Shown in pieces: positions 18,877 through 26,805 of a stretch of 32,000 bases of DNA (positions are counted from its first letter, which is position 1; every line of letters starts with the position of its first letter). Below the pieces are notes generated by a model that did no database searches, had not been told where the DNA came from, and saw nothing but the letters and a program-made list of their open reading frames with translations. This DNA is from Vibrio alginolyticus NBRC 15630 = ATCC 17749 (GTDB taxonomy: Bacteria; Pseudomonadota; Gammaproteobacteria; Enterobacterales; Vibrionaceae), in assembly GCF_000354175.2 (NCBI RefSeq), contig NC_022349.1, positions 2,760,001 to 2,792,000 of the forward strand, in the 5' to 3' direction. The position numbers were made by a program, and so were the translations under genes.

Positions 18877-20307
18877 ATGAAACCAATTCTACCTGATTAC
18901 AACAGCGCTGGTGTGCTCATCATCGGTGATGTCATGCTAGATCGTTACTGGTATGGCCCAACCGGGCGCATTTCTCCTGAAGCGCCGGTTCCTGTTGTAA
19001 AAGTAGAAAACAATGAAGAGCGTCCTGGTGGTGCTGCGAACGTTGCGATGAACATCGCATCACTAGGTGGCCATGCTCACATTGTTGGTCTAACTGGGGA
19101 AGATGAGCCTGCAAAAGTGCTGACGGAGACGCTGAGCTCACTCAATGTGAAGTGCGATTTCGTTGCACTGCCTGATTACCCAACGATTACGAAGCTTCGT
19201 GTAATGAGCCGTGGACAACAGCTTATTCGTCTCGACTTCGAAGACAAGTTTGAAAACACAGATTCTGCGCCAGTGTTATCTCGAATGGATGCCGCACTGC
19301 CAAACGTTAAAGCCGTGATTATGTCTGACTATGCAAAAGGCTCGTTAGAGCATGTTCAGGCATACATTCAAAAAGCGCGCGCAGCAAATATTCCGGTTTT
19401 CATTGACCCGAAAGGTGCGGATTTTGAACGCTACCGTGGCGCAACACTTCTTACGCCAAACATGAAAGAGTTCGAAGACGTTGTAGGTAAAGTGAAATCT
19501 GACCAAGAGCTAGTAGAGAAAGCACTGGCTTTGGTTGAAGAGTTTGAATTTGAAGCGCTTTTGGTGACACGCAGCGAAAACGGAATGACCTTGATTCGTC
19601 GTGGTCAGGAACCGTTCCACCTTCCAACTCAAGCGAAAGAAGTGTACGACGTGACAGGTGCGGGCGACACGGTTATCTCTGTATTGGCAGCGTCTGTTGC
19701 CGCAGGCAAATCATTTGAAGAAGCGTGTGCACTAGCAAACGCAGCGGCAGGTGTTGTAGTTGGTAAACTAGGCACGTCAACGCTTTCTGAGATTGAATTA
19801 GCTGAAGCGGTACATGGCAGCCAAGACACGGATTACGGTGTTATTTCAGAAAAAGCACTGATCGAAGCGGTGAAAAAAGCACGTGCTCGTGGCGAGAAAG
19901 TCGTTATGACAAATGGCTGCTTTGATATTCTACACGCTGGCCATGTGTCTTACTTAAACCATGCTGCTGAACTGGGCGATCGCCTAATCGTTGCGGTAAA
20001 TACCGATGAGTCAGTAAAACGCCTTAAAGGCCCTGGTCGTCCGGTAAACCCAACCGATCGCCGCATGGCGGTGTTGGCAGGTTTGGGCGCTGTGGATTGG
20101 GTTGTACCATTTAGTGAAGATACGCCGCAGCGTTTGATCTCAGAAGTTCTACCAAGCTTGCTAGTAAAAGGCGGTGACTACAAACCAGAAGATATTGCTG
20201 GTGGTAAAGAAGTCATTGCGGCGGGTGGTGAAGTTCGTGTATTGAACTTTGAAGATGGCTGCTCGACCAGTGAAATCATTAATGCAATCAAAGGCGGTAA
20301 GGGCTAA
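18877..20307 (+). CDS. hldE: bifunctional D-beta-D-heptose 7-phosphate kinase / D-beta-D-heptose 1-phosphate adenylyltransferase
   Basis: I place the start at the ATG at 18877 (MKPILPDYN) with GGAGA upstream. It has a ribokinase-like domain (DVTGAGDTV) and a cytidylyltransferase domain ([12 protein letters not shown]). Confidence 0.93.
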   Translation: MKPILPDYNSAGVLIIGDVMLDRYWYGPTGRISPEAPVPVVKVENNEERPGGAANVAMNIASLGGHAHIVGLTGEDEPAKVLTETLSSLNVKCDFVALPDYPTITKLRVMSRGQQLIRLDFEDKFENTDSAPVLSRMDAALPNVKAVIMSDYAKGSLEHVQAYIQKARAANIPVFIDPKGADFERYRGATLLTPNMKEFEDVVGKVKSDQELVEKALALVEEFEFEALLVTRSENGMTLIRRGQEPFHLPTQAKEVYDVTGAGDTVISVLAASVAAGKSFEEACALANAAAGVVVGKLGTSTLSEIELAEAVHGSQDTDYGVISEKALIEAVKKARARGEKVVMTNGCFDILHAGHVSYLNHAAELGDRLIVAVNTDESVKRLKGPGRPVNPTDRRMAVLAGLGAVDWVVPFSEDTPQRLISEVLPSLLVKGGDYKPEDIAGGKEVIAAGGEVRVLNFEDGCSTSEIINAIKGGKG

Positions 20308-20341
20308 GCCTGCTGTTTGTTAGCATTGAAATGCTATTTGC

Positions 20342-20372
20342 TCATAAAGGTCGCTAAGTGCGGCCTTTATGA
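20342..20372. other. strong stem-loop without U-tract in the hldE-tolC spacer
   Basis: TCATAAAGGTCGC (20342-20354) pairs with GCGGCCTTTATGA (20360-20372). This is 13 bp with one G-U pair and loop TAAGT. No T-run follows on either strand. Confidence 0.5.
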
Positions 20373-20417
20373 TACTTGATGCTAAGAGACACTTTTAGGC
20401 TCTGAACTACAAGTAAT

Positions 20418-20453
20418 AAAAAACGCCAGCTGATAACTCAACTGGCGTTTTTA
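20418..20453. terminator. bidirectional intrinsic terminator shared by hldE and tolC
   Basis: AAAAACGCCAG (20419-20429) pairs with CTGGCGTTTTT (20442-20452) around a 12-nt loop. An A-run and a T-run flank it. Confidence 0.85.
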
Positions 20454-20484
20454 TTTATTAAGACCTGAAGTATTCAATTCGCGG

Positions 20485-21849
20485 TTATTTTGCCGCTTTC
20501 AAACCTGCATCAACGTCTAAGATGTCTTGTTCGCTTAGCGTACCAACTGCTTGGCGTAGCTGAAGAACACTTAAAATGTAGTCGTAACGAGCGTTCGATA
20601 GGTTTTTGTTCGCATCGTATAGACGACGAGTCGCGTCCAGTACATCAACGATAGTACGAGTACCTACATCAAAGCCAGCTTCTGTTGCTTCTAGTGCAGA
20701 GCGTGCAGAAATAACCGCTTGCTCATACGCACGTAATGCGCCGATAGAGGCGTTAATGTTGTTGTTTTGTGCGCGAACATCTTTGACTACGCTACGGTAC
20801 TGTGCTTCAAGATCTTCGCTTGCTGCCACGTATGCGTATTCAGCTTGTTTGGTTTGAGAGGTTACGTTACCACCTGTATATAGCGGTACAGCAAGGTTCA
20901 CACCGATATTGAAGTTGTCACTAGTACGGTCACTATTGGCATTGCGGTTTAGGCCACTATTGAATGTGTTGTCCGTTCCTGAGTAATCTCCGTAATTGTA
21001 ACCACCATCTAGAGAGAGCGTTGGTAAGTGGCCAGAGCTTGCTAGTGAAATATTGTCACGCGCGATGTCTTGAAGAATACGTGAAGATAGCAAGGTCAGG
21101 TTTTTGGTTTTTGCTTCATCAATGAGTGATTCAGCTGGTACGGTCGATGGGCTAGCGGTGAAGCGGCCAGTATCCAAAATGTTGAGATCTTTGTGCTCTT
21201 GGCCTGTAATTTCACGCAGTGACTCGTAGCTATTAGTTAGCGCGTTTTCTGCCAACACTTCGTCCGCTAGCACTTGGTCGTACTGAGCTTGTGCGTCATG
21301 CACGTCAGTGATTGCAGACAAACCTACTTCAAAACGCTGTTTAGTTTGCTCTAATTGACGACCCACTGCGGCTTTTTCTGCTCGTACGAAAACAAGATTA
21401 TCTTGCGCGCGTAGAACTTCAAAATATGCTTGTGACACGCGAAGGATCAGTGCCTGTTGCGTCGCTGCGTAAGTCGCGTCTGCTTGGCGAGCGCTTTTCT
21501 CAGCAGTATCTAGAGAGATCCAAGATGCGCGATTGTATAGAGTTTGTGAGAAACTTACCCCAGCAGTTAGAGCATCTTGATCATTCGATGATTTGCCCAG
21601 AGCGCCATCGTTATAATCGTTGTCACCACGAGTTAAATTGTAACCCGCAGTAAGGTTAATTTGTGGTAATAGAGCACTACGGCTTGAGGTGATTGCTTCG
21701 AAAGCTTGGTCACGTTGTGCTGCTACACTGAGCAATTGTGGATCATTTTGTTTTGCCAAGTCGTAGATTTCAGCCAAAGAGTCTGCGAACGCAGACGTAC
21801 TCATGCTACCTAGCGCTGCACTGATAAATAGTGGAAGCAATTTTTTCAT
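20485..21849 (-). CDS. tolC: outer membrane channel TolC
   Basis: 454-aa ORF with a signal peptide (MKKLLPLFISAALGSMSTSAFA-DS). It has the LAEIYDLAKQNDPQL TolC N-terminal motif and the tandem-repeat OEP architecture. Confidence 0.93.
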   Translation of the reverse strand: MKKLLPLFISAALGSMSTSAFADSLAEIYDLAKQNDPQLLSVAAQRDQAFEAITSSRSALLPQINLTAGYNLTRGDNDYNDGALGKSSNDQDALTAGVSFSQTLYNRASWISLDTAEKSARQADATYAATQQALILRVSQAYFEVLRAQDNLVFVRAEKAAVGRQLEQTKQRFEVGLSAITDVHDAQAQYDQVLADEVLAENALTNSYESLREITGQEHKDLNILDTGRFTASPSTVPAESLIDEAKTKNLTLLSSRILQDIARDNISLASSGHLPTLSLDGGYNYGDYSGTDNTFNSGLNRNANSDRTSDNFNIGVNLAVPLYTGGNVTSQTKQAEYAYVAASEDLEAQYRSVVKDVRAQNNNINASIGALRAYEQAVISARSALEATEAGFDVGTRTIVDVLDATRRLYDANKNLSNARYDYILSVLQLRQAVGTLSEQDILDVDAGLKAAK

Positions 21850-22078
21850 TTTCTATTCCCGCGGTCCATAGATTGGTTAATTCTCAGTAGTTTAACTCAA
21901 TTTGCACGATATTTACTCTAAAGTTTGCACTTTTTTACACGTAATTATCCACTTGTGCAATAAATTTTTAGCAAAGACTTAAATTAATTTGTAACTATTA
22001 TACAAAAAGTTGAGCCAAGTCCTTTGAGCAAGCGAATAACAATGAGTAAACTACAGGATTCACTCAGAGAGGTGTTGA

Positions 22079-22729
22079 ATGCAACAGCGTGACAAACAAC
22101 AACAAGATTTTACTTCGCGAGATGTAAAAGTCATCTCGAAAGAAACCTTATTTGAAGGTTTTTTCAAAATGGTGAAATACCGCTTTCAGCATAGGCTATT
22201 TGCTGGTGGTTGGAGTGGAGTTGTCGAACGAGAAATGTTCGAGCGTGGTCACGCAGCAGCGATGCTTCCTTATGATCCAAAGACGGACCAGGTCGTAATC
22301 ATTGAACAGATTCGTATTGGCGCGTTGGAACATGAACACCCTTGGCAGCTAGAAATTGTCGCCGGTATGATTGACCGCGATGAATCTGCTGAAGCCGTAA
22401 TTCGTCGAGAGGCTGTCGAAGAAGCGGGGATTCAGGTGGGGCGCGTTGTACCTGTCACTTCTTATTATCCTTCGGCTGGTGGTTGCTCGGAAAAGCTAGA
22501 CGTCTTTGTTGGTGAAGTGGATGCGTCTAAAGCGCACGGCATTCATGGTTTAGACTATGAGAATGAAGATATCCGAGTTCATGTCATGAGTCGTGAAACG
22601 GCGTATCAATGGGTGAAGGACGGGAAATTTGAAAATGGTGCGTCGATTATTGCGTTGCAATGGCTGCAATTACACCATCAAGAGTTAAAGTCAGAATGGG
22701 GACAATCCCAAACGGTGGAGAGTGAGTAA
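22079..22729 (+). CDS. nudF: ADP-ribose pyrophosphatase (Nudix)
   Basis: 216-aa ORF with Nudix box GMIDRDESAEAVIRREAVEEAGI. A GAGAGG Shine-Dalgarno sequence lies upstream. Its position next to tolC matches E. coli. Confidence 0.9.
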   Translation: MQQRDKQQQDFTSRDVKVISKETLFEGFFKMVKYRFQHRLFAGGWSGVVEREMFERGHAAAMLPYDPKTDQVVIIEQIRIGALEHEHPWQLEIVAGMIDRDESAEAVIRREAVEEAGIQVGRVVPVTSYYPSAGGCSEKLDVFVGEVDASKAHGIHGLDYENEDIRVHVMSRETAYQWVKDGKFENGASIIALQWLQLHHQELKSEWGQSQTVESE

Positions 22730-23172
22730 TGGCACAATTGGCTGAAAAACAACAATATCATGTTGATTTAGCTGGTCTTATGAGAACGTATGAGACCAAC
22801 TACGCTAAGTTGAACGCCTTATTGCCTGCTTCTGCCGAAGTTGGGGATGTACGTTGCTACCAAGCGGCGAACATGGTTTACCAATTGACCGTGAATGAAA
22901 TCACAAAATACACCACAGTTGTTGAGATATGTCAGAGTGATGAAACGCCAGTGTTTCCTTTACCGACGATGTCTGTCAGGCTTTATCATGATGCGAGAGT
23001 AGCCGAAGTATGCTCAAGCGGAGAGTTCTCTCGCATAAAAGCTAAGTATGATTATCCCAATGACCAACTGATGCAGAAAGATGAAAAGCATCAATTAAAC
23101 ACATTCCTCGGTGAATGGCTGACGTTTTGTTTACGAAGTGGTATCAGTAGAACACCACTTGCCTTCAATTGA
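22729..23172 (+). CDS. yqiB: DUF1249 protein (YqiB family), function unknown
   Basis: 147-aa ORF that overlaps the nudF stop by 1 nt (TAATG). Its position between nudF and cpdA matches the E. coli yqiB position. Confidence 0.8.
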   Translation: MAQLAEKQQYHVDLAGLMRTYETNYAKLNALLPASAEVGDVRCYQAANMVYQLTVNEITKYTTVVEICQSDETPVFPLPTMSVRLYHDARVAEVCSSGEFSRIKAKYDYPNDQLMQKDEKHQLNTFLGEWLTFCLRSGISRTPLAFN

Positions 23173-23233
23173 TCGTCACGTCACTAAAGGAAAATAACAA
23201 ATAACGATATAGTGGACGAATCAGGTTTTCATT

Positions 23234-24040
23234 TTGCAATCATCTAGTGACAGCATCAAACTTTTACAAATTACGGATACTCATCTGTTTGCTGCCGATG
23301 AGGGAGGTTTGCTAAGCGTAAAAACAGTCGATAGCTTTAATGCTGTTGTTGCTGATGTTTTACGCCGCAACGTGGCGTTTGATTACATCTTGGCGACGGG
23401 CGATATTTCCCAAGACCATAGTGCAGAATCTTATCAGCGCTTTGCCAACGGCATTGAACCGCTAGAGAAAGACTGCTTTTGGCTACCTGGTAATCATGAT
23501 TACAAGCCTAATATGGGCAGTGTTTTGCCTTCGCCACAAATCAAAGCCGCAGAGCATGTGTTGCTTGGCGAGCATTGGCAGTTAATTCTTTTAGACTCGC
23601 AAGTTGTTGGCGTTCCTCATGGGCGCTTGAGTGATCAGCAATTAACGCTACTCGAAGAAAAGCTAGCCGAACACCCAGAAAGACACACACTTGTTTTGTT
23701 GCATCATCACCCGTTACTGGTGGGAAGCGCGTGGCTTGATCAACATACTTTAAAAGATGCCGAAGCGTTTTGGCAGGTTGTCGAGCGTTTTGATAACGTG
23801 AAAGGCATTCTCTGTGGTCATGTTCATCAAGATATGAATGTGCTTCACAAGGGCATTCGAGCGATGGCAACACCCTCAACTTGTGTTCAGTTTAAGCCTA
23901 ACTCGGATGATTTTGCCCTTGATACCACTTCGCCTGGTTGGCGGGAGCTGCAACTACACGCTTGTGGCGATATTACGACCCAAGTAGGTCGGCTTCCTGA
24001 TGGCCAGTTCCAACCAGACTTCTCTTCTAACGGCTACTAA
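23234..24040 (+). CDS. cpdA: 3',5'-cyclic-AMP phosphodiesterase (class III metallophosphoesterase)
   Basis: It has the motifs ITDTHLF, GDISQD, GNHD, HHHP and GHVH. There is no in-frame ATG: an in-frame stop lies at 23210-23212, so the TTG at 23234 is the most likely start. The start assignment is uncertain. Confidence 0.85.
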   Translation: MQSSSDSIKLLQITDTHLFAADEGGLLSVKTVDSFNAVVADVLRRNVAFDYILATGDISQDHSAESYQRFANGIEPLEKDCFWLPGNHDYKPNMGSVLPSPQIKAAEHVLLGEHWQLILLDSQVVGVPHGRLSDQQLTLLEEKLAEHPERHTLVLLHHHPLLVGSAWLDQHTLKDAEAFWQVVERFDNVKGILCGHVHQDMNVLHKGIRAMATPSTCVQFKPNSDDFALDTTSPGWRELQLHACGDITTQVGRLPDGQFQPDFSSNGY

Positions 24041-24041
24041 C

Positions 24042-24076
24042 GCGCCCGAGCTCTCTGTTCGGGCTCGCTTTTTTGT
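24042..24076 (+). terminator. GC hairpin plus T6 between cpdA and yqiA (terminator or attenuator)
   Basis: GCCCGA (24044-24049) pairs with TCGGGC (24059-24064) and is followed by TCGCTTTTTT. It lies only 12 nt before the yqiA ATG, so read-through or partial termination is likely. Confidence 0.5.
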
Positions 24077-24087
24077 GCGAGATATCT

Positions 24088-24672
24088 ATGAGTAAACCTT
24101 CACTTCTTCTCTATATCCATGGCTTTAATAGCTCTCCACTCTCCATGAAAGCGAATGTGATGAGAGCCTACTGCGAGCAACATAGGCCTGATATTAAGGT
24201 GATTGTTCCCCAGTTACCTTGTTATCCTCAGCAAGCGGCGAAAATGTTGTTGGATATTATCGAGCAATATAAAGACGACTATAAAATTGGTCTAGTGGGC
24301 AGCTCATTAGGCGGTTTTATGTCAACGTGGCTAAATGACAAGTTTGGGTTTAAAGCGGTAGTGGTCAACCCCGCAGTCAAGCCTTATGAGTTGCTAGTAG
24401 ATTATTTGGGTAAGCAAACTAACCCATATACGCATGAAACCTATACACTTGAAGCTTGTCATATTGACGAGTTAAAAGCTCTTGATGTACAAAGCATCGC
24501 GTCGCCACATTCTTTTTGGTTATTGCAACAAACAGAAGATGAGGTTTTAGACTATCGACAAGCGGTAGATAAGTTTGCAGACGCTAAGCAAACAGTAGAA
24601 CAAGGCGGTGATCACAGTTTTGTAGGCTTTGAGCGTTATCCTGCACAGATTATCGAATTTCTAGAACTGTAA
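24088..24672 (+). CDS. yqiA: esterase YqiA (alpha/beta hydrolase, UPF0227)
   Basis: I place the start at the ATG at 24088 (MSKPSLLLYIHGFNSSP). It has a GSSLGG nucleophile elbow. Its position between cpdA and parE matches E. coli. Confidence 0.85.
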   Translation: MSKPSLLLYIHGFNSSPLSMKANVMRAYCEQHRPDIKVIVPQLPCYPQQAAKMLLDIIEQYKDDYKIGLVGSSLGGFMSTWLNDKFGFKAVVVNPAVKPYELLVDYLGKQTNPYTHETYTLEACHIDELKALDVQSIASPHSFWLLQQTEDEVLDYRQAVDKFADAKQTVEQGGDHSFVGFERYPAQIIEFLEL

Positions 24673-24726
24673 TTCGAAAGCGATTGGAAAAGGCTCATAG
24701 TTTTTATTGATATATCCAACCGTTTC

Positions 24727-24755
24727 TTGACATGGGCGGTATGCTTTCCGACTAT
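24727..24755 (+). promoter_or_regulatory. candidate sigma-70 promoter in the yqiA-parE spacer
   Basis: TTGACA (24727-24732), a 17-nt spacer, then GACTAT (24750-24755). This would give a ~160-nt leader before the parE ATG. Confidence 0.3.
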
Positions 24756-24921
24756 GTTTTGCCAAAAGATCTTAAGGGTCGAGGACCCTGGCTACTTTGT
24801 TATGCATCATGTTTACAAACTCTTAGTGATGTGAACAGGGTGGCTTTTTCGTTTCCTGAGTATGGGTACGCCCATTGGTGATACTCAGGCAACAAGTAAA
24901 CTTTGAGAATAATTCCGTATT

Positions 24922-26802
24922 ATGACTGAACAATATAATGCTGGTGCCATTGAAGTACTGAATGGCTTAGAGCCAGTACGTCGCCGACCAGGGATGTATA
25001 CGGATACAGCGCGCCCAAACCATTTGGGCCAAGAAGTTATCGACAACAGTGTCGATGAAGCGCTAGCCGGACATGCCTCAAAAGTACAAGTCATCCTACA
25101 TGCTGACCAATCACTCGAAGTGATCGATGATGGTCGAGGCATGCCTGTTGATATCCACCCAGAAGAGAAAGTATCAGGCGTAGAGCTAATTCTATGTAAG
25201 CTACATGCGGGTGGTAAGTTCTCTAACAAAAACTACCAATTCTCTGGTGGTTTGCACGGGGTAGGTATATCTGTAGTAAACGCGTTGTCAAAACGCGTTG
25301 AAGTAACAGTTCGTCGTGATGGTCAAGTGTATGAAATTGCATTTGAACACGGCGAGAAAGTGTCTGATCTGACCGTAACTGGCACATGTGGTCGTCGCAA
25401 TCGCGGTACCAGCGTACATTTCTGGCCTGATGCGAAGTACTTCGATTCGGCTAACTTCTCTGTGACGCGCTTAGTCAACAACCTGCGCGCAAAAGCGGTT
25501 TTGTGTCCGGGCTTAGAAATCACATTAACCGACAAAGTTAATGGCAAAGACTATAAGTGGTACTACGAAGACGGTCTTAAAGACTATCTTGCGGAAGGTG
25601 TAAAAGGCTATCCAGTTATTCCTGAAGAACCATTTACTGGTGAGTTCTTGGCGGATACTGAAGCGGCAAACTGGGCGGTAATTTGGCAGCCAGAAGGCGG
25701 TGAAATGATCACCGAAAGCTACGTTAACCTAATCCCAACCGCTCAAGGTGGTACGCACGTTAATGGTTTACGCCAAGGCTTGTTGGAAGCGATGCGCGAA
25801 TTCTGTGAGTTCCGTAATCTATTACCTCGTGGTGTGAAGCTAACGGGTGATGACGTTTTCGACCGCTGTTCTTACGTGCTGTCGGTTAAAATTCAAGATC
25901 CACAATTTGCAGGCCAGACCAAGGAACGTCTCTCTTCTCGTCAAACCGCGGCATTTGTCTCTGGCGTTGTAAAAGATGCGTTCAGTCTTTGGTTGAACGA
26001 AAAGCCTCAGCTCGCAGAGCAATTGGCAGAAGTCTGTATCGCTAACGCGCATCGTCGTATGCGAGCGGCGAAAAAAGTCGTACGTAAGAAAGTGGCTTCT
26101 GGCCCGGCACTGCCAGGTAAGTTGACCGACTGTTCTGCACAGGACTTAAGTCGCACGGAAATCTTCTTTGTGGAGGGTGACTCTGCGGGTGGCTCGGCAA
26201 AACAGGCACGTGACCGTGAATTCCAAGCCGTGATGCCACTGCGTGGTAAGATCTTGAACACGTGGGAAGTCTCTGCCGATCAAGTTCTTGCGTCTCAAGA
26301 AGTACACGATATCTCAGTTGCTTTGGGTATTGACCCAGATAGCGACAACCTCGAGAGTCTTCGTTACGGTAAGATCTGTATCCTTGCCGATGCGGACTCG
26401 GATGGTCTTCACATCGCAACGCTGCTTTGTGCTCTATTTACTCGTCACTTCCGCGCACTAGTGGAAGCGGGTCATATCTATGTGGCGATGCCGCCTCTGT
26501 ATCGAATCGACTGCGGGAAAGAAGTGTTCTACGCCCTCGATGATGATGAAAAAGATGGCATTTTAGAGCGCTTGTCGAAGAAGAAAGCCAAAATCAACGT
26601 GCAACGATTCAAAGGTCTGGGTGAGATGAACCCACTTCAGTTGCGTGAAACCACCATGGATCCGAACACGCGTCGCTTAGTGCAGTTAACCATTGACGAC
26701 TCTACGGCGACCATGGAAATGATGGACATGCTGCTAGGTAAAAAGCGTGCAGATGACCGTCGTTCTTGGCTACAAAACAACGGCGACTTGGCAGAGGTGT
26801 AA
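24922..26802 (+). CDS. parE: DNA topoisomerase IV subunit B
   Basis: 626-aa ORF with a GHKL ATPase N-terminus (GLEPVRRRPGMY), the Toprim EGDSAGG motif and PLRGKILN. It lies directly upstream of parC. Confidence 0.95.
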   Translation: MTEQYNAGAIEVLNGLEPVRRRPGMYTDTARPNHLGQEVIDNSVDEALAGHASKVQVILHADQSLEVIDDGRGMPVDIHPEEKVSGVELILCKLHAGGKFSNKNYQFSGGLHGVGISVVNALSKRVEVTVRRDGQVYEIAFEHGEKVSDLTVTGTCGRRNRGTSVHFWPDAKYFDSANFSVTRLVNNLRAKAVLCPGLEITLTDKVNGKDYKWYYEDGLKDYLAEGVKGYPVIPEEPFTGEFLADTEAANWAVIWQPEGGEMITESYVNLIPTAQGGTHVNGLRQGLLEAMREFCEFRNLLPRGVKLTGDDVFDRCSYVLSVKIQDPQFAGQTKERLSSRQTAAFVSGVVKDAFSLWLNEKPQLAEQLAEVCIANAHRRMRAAKKVVRKKVASGPALPGKLTDCSAQDLSRTEIFFVEGDSAGGSAKQARDREFQAVMPLRGKILNTWEVSADQVLASQEVHDISVALGIDPDSDNLESLRYGKICILADADSDGLHIATLLCALFTRHFRALVEAGHIYVAMPPLYRIDCGKEVFYALDDDEKDGILERLSKKKAKINVQRFKGLGEMNPLQLRETTMDPNTRRLVQLTIDDSTATMEMMDMLLGKKRADDRRSWLQNNGDLAEV

Positions 26803-26805
26803 CGG

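Noticed and set aside
22042-22092. 16-codon upstream ORF overlapping the nudF start out of frame
   Set aside because: It is too short, has no Shine-Dalgarno sequence, and is indistinguishable from chance in an AT-rich leader.
24732-24881. 49-codon small ORF (MGGMLSDYVLPKDLKGRGPW...) in the yqiA-parE spacer
   Set aside because: It has no Shine-Dalgarno sequence, its ATG overlaps the candidate -35 hexamer, and there is no recognisable family or hydrophobic/leader-peptide character. The region is better explained as a noncoding leader.
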